NCBI GenBank assembly: GCA_011109175.1 | Contig: RDEW01000013.1 | Coordinates: forward strand, 1,195,096 to 1,259,095 | Direction of reading: 5' to 3' | DNA length: 64,000 nucleotides | From: Dicyema japonicum | Lineage: Eukaryota; Animalia; Dicyemida | Shown: piece after piece, positions 52,930 through 64,000 of the stretch | How the letters are laid out: every line of letters begins with the position of its first letter | Position numbering within the stretch: the first letter of the stretch is position 1 | Notes under the pieces: generated by a model | Database searches by the model: none | Told to the model about the DNA's origin: nothing | The model's input: only the letters and a program-made list of their open reading frames with translations | Position numbers and translations under genes: made by a program

Positions 52930-54299
52930 TCTTCACAAAAAAGATTTCGTTCTCGTCGAGCATTTATGTTTGAATCTTTTTACTGAAAATTGATTCACAT
53001 AAATATTTAGATCCGAACATTGAAGCGTTTTTATAAGCATTTGTAAGTATATTCGAATATTTTTCTTTGATAAGTAAACGTAAGTCAATTTATTAAGAAG
53101 AGAGCAATTTGTCATATAGCGGCTGACTGACTGCGTGGCTATTCCCTTTCAGGATGGCAAGCGAGATTCGCTTAAATAACCTATGAGATGAACTATAAAA
53201 TTGCATTAAATTTGCAATCTTGAGATCTGAGGTAAATTCCATATCTGATTGAAGGTCTATCAATTCCAATTGGAGTGATGGTGGAGCATTCTTAGGATTT
53301 ATAAAAATTTTCATTAATGGCAATATTTCATCAAAATTCTTAAAATAAACTTAATTTAAATAAACCTTAGAGCGTTTTTCGAATTCTACAATAAGGTGAC
53401 TGATAAAAGAAGTATAATTTTTAAAATGAACCGCTGGCTTTATTTACTCTCAAAAAGTGAAATGGGTCGTATCTTTGACTGCTATTTGATCTCTCAGAAA
53501 ATTTAATTTCGATATAAAAGAAGCAATTGATCCATAGTTGATGAAAAAATTTGGATTGCCGTTGTAATTCACAATTCAACGAGGATAAATGAGAGGATAG
53601 ATCGATCCAAAAAACTAAACAGGTAATCCACTCCTAACTGTTCAACAAAGCATGATGTTTGTAGTCTTTAACAAATTCTCTTAATTGAAGGAGTAGTTCA
53701 TGAAATCTACGTTTTATTTAAACAAATATACCTTTTAAGGAACGCGGAACAACTCAACCGTCAAACCGTGGTATGATAAAACACATCACTATGGACTTTG
53801 TCAATTTCCATTAATATTTATTTTTCAGACTTCCTATGATTGAGAGATTTACCACGTATCATATTCACAGCACCGTAAATATTACATTTTGCACTTTAAG
53901 TGACTTTGCAATTATATATCCTGATGTATGAGACAATGGTGCCAAATTACATTTTTTCCTTGAGTCTCCATGAAATAAATTGTATATCTCGGAGTGTTTC
54001 TTATAATAACGTTCAATAGTAAAATTTTTTAATGATTTGATAACGCAGTTGCATATCAAACAAACTGCTTTACCATTCATTCTCTTCAACGAAAAATACT
54101 TTTTTTTCCATTCTGATTTAAATTCTCTATTTTCTTGGGTAAATGTTCAATATTTTGATGTGGGCATGAATAGACACTTTACTTAACAAATATTTACTAA
54201 CACGTGTAATTACAATTGATTTTATATATAAAATTTATTTTAAAGTTCGGAAGTCGGGGCCGCAAAAAAGATTATCTGGACCAATCTTGAGAACCCTTG
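52930..54299 (-). mobile_element. hAT (SPIN/Charlie-like) transposon remnant
   Basis: The end reads CAAGGGTTCTCAA on the minus strand. BED-finger-like KAVCLICNCVIKSLK and C-terminal NAPPSLQLELIDLQSD. Confidence 0.7.
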
Positions 54300-54369
54300 A
54301 TCTATACTAATATTATTATCTAACATTAATGTTTCTCCTATCTTGACTCATCTCCGTTTGTCGTCTCGT

Positions 54370-54615
54370 TGATTTCTTACAAAAGAATTTCAAGTCTACC
54401 TGAGTTAGAATCATTTAGAACAACTATCGTTACTTTCAATATTACTGGGAAAAGAAGACCTGGCCGACCAAGGACTCGGTGGCAATCCACGGTTGAAGAC
54501 GTCACGGGAATGCCTATATCAAGGCTACTCCAAATTGCAACGGATCGGGGAGAGTGGAGGAAACTCATTCATGAGATCTCCAAGGGTCGGACACGACTAA
54601 ATTGGACAACATAAC
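54370..54615 (+). mobile_element. RTE-like LINE 3' end fragment
   Basis: ITGKRRPGRPRTRW...ATDRGEWRKLI. Confidence 0.7.
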
Positions 54616-54624
54616 ATATCGTTA

Positions 54625-54895
54625 CTTTCAGGCTACTCTAGTACGTTAATTTTATGTATTGCCCCCGGAACCACAAGAATGAAAAAAAAATCACTTGACT
54701 CTCTAACGTGGAGGCATTACTTACTTGAAGTGTTGGAAAAGAGTGCAAACCTCCTATCCCGCAATCTTGAAGGCGTGGCAGGTGTCGAATCCTTTCATGT
54801 AGTAGTATGTTATCATTTCGTAATTTTGCGGACAGAACATAGTAAAATAGTTTTCTCGATCTTAGGGGTATCTATAGTCATTTAAGTTAACTAAA
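54625..54895 (+). repeat. Dispersed repeat family E of about 270 bp (second copy at 60525-60795)
   Basis: Collinear match starting ttactttcaggcta and ending cttaggggtatctatagt. Internal B-box-like g(t/g)tcgaatcc. Confidence 0.7.
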
Positions 54896-54929
54896 AACAC
54901 TCCAGGGTCTGGGTTCGAACTTTTTATCT

Positions 54930-57900
54930 GCCCCTCTGTCTAACAGCCCACTCTATGAAGCCATGAAAAAATACCTTAAAACTGTCCTAGATATGAAATA
55001 ACCACAGAACCGTTCAATATTCTCGTCCACGTCGGATGAGACCTCGCCTGTGTCGGTGTGGGTCACTTAGCTAAGAACTTTCCCATTTCCTCTTAACTCA
55101 GTGATCGTTGGGTAATAATAATAACATAAAGAAACCGAATTTAAAATAATAATAACGAGTAAATTAACTAATTAAGCGTATTTTGATCCAGATTGTTGGT
55201 AATTCCTCTTCTTCTCTTAATTTAATTTGTTCAGTTTTAAATTACATAAAAAATTATATTAAATATTACAAGCATCATCTTTTATCAAACAAGGCCAAAA
55301 TCATGGTACATAACGTCGAACACTAAACACAGACTTTACTGCAAGCAAGTCTGATTTAAGTATGTCAAAAAGTACCAAAGTCGAGTCCGCTGATTCATAG
55401 TCCTCTAGCAATCCTTGAGTGTCTGATACTTTTAGAACATTACAAAGATTTTCGTAAAACCGATTGGCAAGGACGATGCTGTCAGTCACTCAAAAATCCT
55501 GCCGACTTGGATCTGGCAGAATGAAAGCCAGACGTTCGGCATTCTAGGGAAAAGGTTCCAAAGCTACCTGGTTTTGGTTCTTTTGGTCTGACTGAACTGT
55601 ATTATATCAATCAGAGATTAAGCCACTATTAGCCACTTTTTTGGGATTTTTTGTTTCTAATAGCTAAATCTAGCAAGAAATTTAATTAGAATTATAAATG
55701 GAATCAATATCAATTAAGGTCAATAAATTTAATTTTTGGGAAATGGCTCAATTATGACTGAAAGCATTGAGCACCTACACGAGTTGCCCCTCATGACTGC
55801 GAGCCCACTGTCCTAGAAGATTCTAAGATTTCACTTTATGCAAGCCGTGGCTTCCGAAAAATTAATAATTGAGGTTGGCTCAGCTAATTAATCATATTGA
55901 ACTGAACAACTTATATTTTGTTTATTTGAATAAAATCATATTAAAAAGACGAAAAGTTTGAAGAAATTCAAAGATTTGAGTTTAGTAGTTAAATCTTTAA
56001 AATCTAATTCAATGATCTATCCAACCTGAGCATTCTCTAAAAGTTAACACATTTTTTCATTGTTTGTCTCAAATAATAATTCAACTTTTCATAAATCTGA
56101 AGAAATTATTAATAATTCATTTGATTAAGGTTAAAATATAGGAAATGGGTCAAATATGCAAAATTCAGTAAAAAAGTAATTTTTATCTCATTGAACTGAA
56201 ATGAAAATTAAAAAGAGTAGAAATCAACTCGAAATGTCCTTGCAATCATAATTTTTAAATAATTTGGTTGATAAGATATTGTGAAGGATTTTGCATTATG
56301 AATGAAAATATGAAAGAATTCAAACGAAATATATAAATTTCATATTAAATTTATACTGGTAATTTTTTAATATTTATTTTTCAAAAACCATGATATACCT
56401 GAAAAAGTTTCATTCAATTTTTTTGATCGTATCCTTTCTTAACATCTTGTATTTTAATTATTCGCCCCTATGAGAACTCATCACACGAGCGACACACGAA
56501 CAACTGAAAAAATTAGAACTGAAACTTTAAATGACAATAATTTATTGAAAATTAAACGATTAATTGATAAGATCTATAAAAACCTGAGAAAGAATTAATT
56601 AGACTAAATAATAATACTGCACTTTAAGAAGGGCCATTTAGTAATATCTCCTACCAGACAGAGCACACACTTTATTTTAAGTAAATATTTGTTATCATAA
56701 CTAATCGATGCGAGTAAGACTAAAGAAAAAAGAGTGAGACTAAAGAATTCCCATTAACCCAATAAATAATCCAATTGTAACTAAAGACTATCTAGATGTC
56801 ATGGTATTCGTTGAGTAGCTTTTTCTGATCCATAAATTCCTATAAATAAATAATTTCATCAAACATTGTCGTACAACCTGGTCTTTCTCGATTTTATCTA
56901 AAACTTTTACCAAAGCAACAAACCCTTCTAAGATATTTAACAAAAAAAATCACAGTCGATATAACAATAAAGAAGGAGAAGGTCGAAATTAAAGCAACAA
57001 TTATAGTCCTTCTGTTATGATTAATCTACTAATAAGTAGCATTTATTACCCAGATATGAACTTTATCAGCAAAGTAGACTAAATCTCACAAAACTAGAAA
57101 CCTTTCTGATGATGAATCGAATTAGCTTCCTGGTGGTCAAGAAATTTGTGGAGTTTTCCTAAAGTAAATTAATATTTTAATAATATTAATGAATCTTTCA
57201 TACTTAATGTGAGTAGAAGATCAGTTTTATTAGGTCACTGTTCTCATTTATTTCATGATAATTGATATTTTCGGACAACTGATGTTTTTGATCGGGGTAT
57301 TCGTTTCTATGATACTTCCTGTGATTTTCATGGGGATAAAACTGGTCTATTTTGTTCTCATCATTGTTTTCTTGAGGATAAAAATGATTTCTACTGTACT
57401 TGGCCTCATGGTTTACATAAGGATGAAAATGATCCTTGTACTTCTCAGGGTTTTCATGAGGATGAATGTGTTCGTTATCATGGGTGTTGCGATTAAAAAT
57501 ACGATTTGTAAATTCATCTACAGTAAGAATTTTTTCGTTTATAGAATCTAGAATTTAGATTGAACTTAAACCCATCTTTACTTCACTTTTATAATCTGAT
57601 GGTTTCACAGTGCTTTTCATAATATTCTCTTGGTTCTGGGATACTTCATTCGATTTTCCGTTCGATTGATCCTTTTTTTCTCTAGTGTGGGTGTATTTTT
57701 CTTCAGTTTCTACTGCGTTGTTTGGGTCCGTATTGGTGTTTTCTAATTGTTAACATATATTAAAATTAAGAAAATTTGTTAAATTGAAATATTCCAACCT
57801 TTCTGTTGTAATGGAAGTTTAAAAATTATTTTCGCTTAAATTAATTTAAAAAAATAATACATAATAGATCTTTAATTTTGAAACTTTGACTATTTTGAAA

Positions 57901-59400
57901 GAGTAGTAATAGACTCAGTATTATCATCTAGAAAGGTCACTTAGCACAGCAAACCATTTTATCTGTGTCTCATTATAATAATATGAACTATTTATTAAAA
58001 TTTTGGTTCTCCACAGTAAAATTCATCATTATTTTATTCATTAAATAATTTAAATAATAATAAATTAACTTTTTAGAATCGAATTAGTTTTCTTTATTAA
58101 ATAAAAAAACGTTTTTGTATTTTATTAAAATGCAGACGATGTCATCATCCCTCTAAAAACAGTTCCCCTCTATGGCGACTCAGTAGTTCTGAGATACCTT
58201 GATTGTATGATGAATTGACTTTCGTGGAATAAACTGTCCGTGTCATCTTTAAAATCTACTTTCACCATATTCACATCTTATAGTCGCTACAAAAAATGTT
58301 CCCAAGGTCTGCCGTATACTTATTTGCTTTCAGCATGCTACTAAACGCAAAACCACGTGGTGTTGATGCAGAAAGAATAATATTTTTAACTAATCGACTT
58401 TAGACTGTGTAAATGAACGCTCAAATGACTACTATTTGACTCCCGTTTTTATGGTAAATTATTAACGAATAACGGTTATAAAATCGTCGTCACCAGGTTA
58501 AGTGTGATAGATCGGTTAAGTGTCATAAGTTATGTGAACTGTGATAGATCGTAAAAAACCCAGAATTAACAGATATCAAATGAAAATAGATGAATATCTA
58601 TCGAAGTCTCCGTGGATCTTATGTCAGGTTGAAGAGAATCACTAAAGCTATAATCAGCCCCAAAGAAACGGAGGATATCTGTGAAAATAATATAAAAGGA
58701 ATATCCAAAAGTACTTATAACTCCCAAGTCAATGAATGTCAAACTTTCTATGCGAAAAAGTGTTGGAAATTGAAAACTTTATCTTTGTGCATAAATGTTT
58801 ATGACTATGCGCATTTAAGCGAGGATCAGATAAAACCAATTTACAGGATGACAGTTTTACTAACGTGTTTGGGATAGACTTCATTGTTACAATAAGTCGG
58901 ATATTAAGTTATGTTACCGATACATAATTCCAAGTCAAAGTAGGTGTTCAACATTTAATATCGTTTGGAGTCATCTGTGACTTACGGTCATATGCCTAAA
59001 GCGTTGAAAAAACTAAGCTAACGACGATTGTTGATGATACATGAGTGACTATTAGTGTGAAGGTTTTCCTGGCTTTCTTACATAAACAAGTTCCGTTTCC
59101 TTCCAACGCCTTGGGGCTTAATAAAATTTTGAAGCTATCGTTAAATACTCTTACGTTTGGAAACCAGAGCTCTACCCCTTTAAAAGTTACCATTTTTCGA
59201 AAAATAGAAATTCATTCAGCACACTATCGAGATTGCATAACTAAAAAATCTCTGCAATTTCGGCCGGATTCGAGGTTTTAGAACAATCCAAACGGCATAA
59301 AATACGGGCGAACGAATCCTCCCCTCTTGTCGAAACTCTTCAGCTGTTTTCAAAAGTCAGGTCTGACATGGTTTACCTCTGGGTATCTTCCTCGTAAAGG
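54930..59400 (+). repeat. Segmental duplication 2, copy B (extra insert of about 0.7 kb at 58560-59240)
   Basis: Collinear with 46990-51250. Confidence 0.85.
56799..57927 (-). CDS. Single-pass membrane protein with His-rich HxHPHEN-type repeats; 8 exons including an 11-nt micro-exon; one 1-nt deletion at about 57225
   Basis: The signal exon differs from its paralog only by synonymous changes. Phase-consistent GT-AG introns include two of 24 nt. TM IIVALISTFSFFIVISTVIFFV-KYLRRVCC. Confidence 0.65.
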
Positions 59401-59719
59401 GTAATTGTATCCTGGCGGACGAACAAGTCCTTTAATCCATGTTTACGTCTGAGAGCCTAAAATGAGGAATGGTCACATAAAATTGAATATATTTCGATGC
59501 ATTTATTTTAAACTTTTTTCCCTCGTAAAAAAACGTATCTTTGTTAAATTCCTGGTGTAACTTGTGAATTTCTATCATTTAATAATAATATTTTTGGTTC
59601 ATTATGCCATATCATGAACGCGTTACTTATCATGGGAACATTATCTCTTATTATAAATGAATTATGATTCATGAGAATTCCTGACCTCTCACAGTAAATG
59701 AGACAAACAAGTGATCCAA

Positions 59720-59795
59720 TATATGGCAGTCTGGGTGGCTCTGTGTAATAAATTCACGATCAAAATCATGAGGTCTCCGGTTCGAATCCCGCTGC
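59720..59795 (+). repeat. Degenerate tRNA-like SINE head
   Basis: B box GGTTCGAATCC followed by cgctgctgt, as in family C. No intact cloverleaf. Confidence 0.5.
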
Positions 59796-60116
59796 TGTCC
59801 ATTCAGTTTAAGGTTACACATGTCTACGATGCTTTGGGGTTGACGATTGACGCCATCAAATTTACCTTGACAAAGGAAAATCCTTCATCCTTAATGGAAA
59901 ATCCCTCTGAAGTCCTTGTAAAAAGATTTAAAGCTAATTTTTCGCTTGTGGAAAATCCCTATCAGTCTCACCTACCTTAAGCGTGTTTGATTTCAAAATA
60001 ACATTGGAAAAATATTACCACGTTTTCCATAATAAATATTACGTAATTTTTAGTCAATAATATCGATAATAATATTATTATCAAATCATTAATATTTCCC
60101 ATGTGCTACTTAATAA

Positions 60117-60437
60117 GCCGCGTGGCTCCATGTGGTGCTGCGTGGTTAATTGGTTGAAGTTTTCTGCTTGTTTGTCTGTTCCTCCTCTTTTCCTATTAGA
60201 GTGGCGTCATGTGATCCACCTGTCTAGGTGACGCCCAGTGCCAGGCCGGCACGAAAAATGATCATTTGCTCTTCTCCACTCTACTGGAGGGGTTTCCACA
60301 ACTGCATGTAATGGACGTCTTATCTTTTATTCTGATTCCGGATGGATTCTGTTTCTGTAGAAGTGGAAACTGGATACACTTAATTAGTCGTTTACTTTAA
60401 CTTCTTTCTCCGGTGTATCCGGGTTATTAAATTAAAT
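60117..60437 (+). mobile_element. Subfamily A copy 3, with 15-bp TSD
   Basis: tgtgctacttaataa (60102-60116) versus tgtgctacttcatga (60438-60452), 13/15 identical. Confidence 0.8.
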
Positions 60438-60969
60438 TGTGCTACTTCATGAACGTTTTTCGACTGTTTATTTTCTTACAGAATAATCACGTCTACCCGA
60501 GTTAGAATTATTTATAACAGCAGTCATTACTTTCAGGCTACCCTGTAGTACGGAACCACAAAAAAGAGAAAAAATTCCACGTACTCTCTAATGTCGTGGC
60601 ATTGCTCACTTGAAGTGCTGGAAAAGAGTACAAACACAAAATCCTCGATCTTGGATGCATGGAGGTTTCGAATCCTTGCATGTAGTACGTTAAAATTTAG
60701 TAATTATACGGGGTCACAATGTACATACGCATAACATGGTAAAATAGTTTTCCCAATCTTAGGGGTATCTATAGTAGGTTAAATAACTAACAACACTTAA
60801 GCGAAAATTTGAGGTTTCACTTGCATTTCTTGAAAATTTGACGAACTATCGAGATTTCACTGAAATTGCAAAACCCCCGGATTCTTAGCAGTCTTTTTCT
60901 AAGTATTAAATTACTTAAAATCATGATCGAAATTCCGCTCATAAGAAAGCGCATGCAAGTTAGTTAGCA

Positions 60970-61045
60970 TCTACTGTTCCTGTACCAAAATTTCTGTACC
61001 TCTCCTGTACCTACTGTTCTGTACCTACTGTTCCTGTACCTTTCC
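60970..61045 (+). repeat. Degenerate minisatellite (ctactgttcctgtac / ctgtacc units)
   Basis: Repeated ctgtacc motifs. Confidence 0.7.
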
Positions 61046-61109
61046 TCTTAATCTACTCCACTTAAACTTTCCCTGTAAAAAAAAGTTGTCCACATTTTAA
61101 AAAGCACAA

Positions 61110-61361
61110 TAATAATAATCAGGGGTTTGGGTTCGAACAAGCACGTGAAGCTGTCAAAATAACTTTAATGTGGAACTTACACAGCAACAGTTTTTTGACA
61201 TCAATCTTGAGGGAATAGCTAGTCATATGTCCCTCGTAACAGTTTACGCACCTGAAAAAGATTTTCTTACGTGAATGTGAACCCCTTAAAAGGCACCACA
61301 TTTTATAAGTGTGGACAAATCCCTGACACCTGTAGCACAAGTAGCAACATGTCGTTCCCAC
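61110..61361 (-). mobile_element. LINE ORF1 zinc-knuckle remnant with (TTA)n end
   Basis: CYRCQGFVHT...C...CVNCYEGH resembles the Jockey/I-clade ORF1 CCHC array. Confidence 0.55.
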
Positions 61362-64000
61362 GAAACAGAAAAACGTAAATGGCTTACCCTAACATTGTTA
61401 AAATAGATTTTTTTTATTTTTTCAACCGAATGGAGAATCACCTTAATGATGTTCAGCATCTTTCTCCTACTGCTAAAACTTTAATTTTTGAGGGCTAAAG
61501 AAAAATCCTTTTTATAGTGTGAAGTATATCACCAGAAAAAGCCTGAAAGATTCCAAAGACGTACAACGAAATCTCCTTTTCGGTTTCACCAAGAATACCT
61601 TGCATGATACGTTAATCTCAGCCTCAAAAACAGATATATTCTTTTCAGATTTTAACATTTAAGACAGCGAATCAGGATTGCCGTATTATGTTAAAACGTA
61701 TTTGCAATCTTATCTCGAAGGATTGATTATTTAAATATTTTTTTGTTCATAAATTGTTTTCCACAAAAAAATTATTATGAATCAAATTCAAAGACATGAC
61801 AACCTGATGACTAAAGCCTGCTTAACAGTTAAAAAGCATATTTACATATCAATGTTAATTACCAAAACTTAGGCTATTAAACTAGGAATAAAGTTGTCAT
61901 CAAAATATTTTTCTCCTCCACAAGAACATCGAATTGACCCCAAAGCATTCTAACATTCATTTAAAAAATTAAAAATTTGACCTCTTCTAACTTTGCAACC
62001 TGTCTTCGTTGACCATAACATTAAATAGATTTCCCAAAATCATGTTTTAACTTTAATTAAAAAAACAAAATTTCTAATTCTTTTAACTTTGGGATTTGCA
62101 TTCGTAGTTTTATAACATCGAATCGACCCAAAACATCTGCTCACATAATGAGTTATTTTTTGCCCAAAGAATCGATTCTGGAAAAACAGACACATTGATA
62201 AACAGACACATACAAAAGTAGTATTTTATCTATTTTATAAATAAAATAAAGACAATACATTTCAATACGGAACGATGTGCACATTTCTCATAACAGAACC
62301 ACGTTACTGTCTCGATCATCAGACCATTATAACACTTCGTTTCTTGATAAGAAAAAATCCTTCTCACGAGTATGGATGGGAAACAAACGTAAGAGACATC
62401 ACCTCAAGTTTTGAATTAAGGAAAAGTTGGATGCTCGTAAGATTCACATCTTAGTCATTTATTTACCCTTGATCTCTCAAGTGGAAGAGACCGGTGGCAA
62501 ACAAAAACATAAACCAAAGACGGGGGTTCCACAAATCTGATGAAGTTATCTAGAGTGGAGCATCTTACAGAAAATTTATGATAACGATGTTAATCAAGAA
62601 AGTGAAATTATGCGTTAGTTTGTTAATACTATGAATTAGGAAAAACACAGAGCATATAAAGCTGAAAGCTAGTAGCCATAGGATTCAGGTTTTCTTCCAA
62701 TATTCTATTCTCTTCTCGAATAAATGGAATCTGTTCACAGTGAGGCCTTGATTTAACACTGCTGTATGTCTGACTAAGATTGCGAAGCGGGCCCATCGTT
62801 ACATAATATTCGATATTATTGAACTCATCAAGACAAATATCTTTATGTCCACTTCGGATATTATTAACATACGTTTCTAAGTATCTGCAGCTTCCAACCC
62901 ATGCGGAGTGTTTTTCCTCAAGTGAACGAACAGTTCTTTCACACGCTCCATCTGATTTAAAATATATAATTTAAGATACTTTGATCTCTGTTAGGTGTTT
63001 CTTTGTGAAGTAATAAACTTAACGATACAAGCAAATTGCCCATTACTTCCCAAAAGCATCGGTTCTTTTATATTGAACGTAATGTGCATAATGTGCATGA
63101 ATATTTAAAAAATTGTCGAATTATGAAATCTCAAATGAGAATGAATTTTTAACCGTGTGCCGTATTTAATGTTTACACGAGCATCCTGAGAAACTTAGAG
63201 AACCTACTTGAGAACTTTGTAAAGATTGGAGAAGATCTGGTGAAAGATACATGCTACTAAAAAAGGAACTGACGGAGAAAACTCAAAATCTATGATAGAA
63301 GACCTTTGAACTATTGGAGGTTCTTGACATTTGTCTATAAGGAGATTGCCGTAACTGATATCAACCGAATGTTTCAACTCTGTGTGATAGCGAGATCACC
63401 GTGAAATCATTTTCTATCAAATTACTTCATGCTTCATTCGTGGATCTGTACATTATCTCTATAATCGTGTTTGACTTTATACACGTTAACTTATCAAGAA
63501 TGCGTGAACTGAAAAATTCTGATGATGTAGATATGAATGCATAAATCCTATTGACTGCGGTCTTAAAAAGTCGACAGATGTTAAAATATATAACTATTCA
63601 GCCTTAAACTGGATGATTTTTCCCTTAACAGTAAAAAAGTATGAACTTTGTATTATCAAAATTGTCTTTATCTTTTTTGTATTATCAAATTTGTCTTGTC
63701 TGCCCGTTCTGTCAAAATAGTCGCATTGTGTCTAGGTTTCTGAGATCTTAAGTTTTTATTTGATTTCAACAAGATTTAAAAACTACACGAGTATAAATTT
63801 GTTCGGTTTTATCAAATTCACTTATTCTTGCAGTAACTGGTTTTGTGGTGACAAAACAGCTTATCTATTAGTACAACAGTCTTGGAGTCAAGCAAATCAT
63901 CCCTTTGCTACATACAAGATCCTCATTTAAAAATTTATTCACATGAGCTTACTCTCATTATAAATGAAAATCCTTAAAAACCACGTGCCTATTAGATAAC

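Noticed and set aside
54300-54320. Helitron 5' end (tctatactaatatta)
   Set aside because: No matching 3' hairpin-CTRR end or second copy in the window.
57255-57551. Hydrophobic 98-aa + strand ORF as a membrane protein
   Set aside because: It is the antisense shadow of the His-rich exon on the minus strand.

Overview
AT-rich eukaryotic genomic DNA in the standard genetic code, with no prokaryotic features. The window is dominated by transposon debris and two local segmental duplications. Retroelements include a 5'-truncated RTE-clade LINE (288-2896), many RTE/Jockey-like fragments, a CRE-like RLE remnant and a tRNA-derived SINE family that shares its 3' tail with the RTE. DNA transposons include a pogo/Tigger, a Merlin, a hAT, and two Mutator derivatives with target-site duplications (TSDs). 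Host genes are lineage-specific and can only be read by removing very short (about 23-29 nt) GT-AG introns. They are a Ser/Thr-rich type I membrane mucin (42965-44673), a three-member single-pass membrane family with His-rich repeats (about 20.1-20.5, 49.2-50.4 and 56.8-57.9 kb) and a duplicated Cys-rich exon. The most unusual signal is a family of 220-320 bp retroposon-like repeats. They carry a conserved nested double-pseudoknot with compensatory base changes between subfamilies and HDV-ribozyme-like topology. The taxon cannot be determined; a compact-intron animal parasite such as a myxozoan is a guess. All alignments, counts and gene models were done by eye and many boundaries are approximate.
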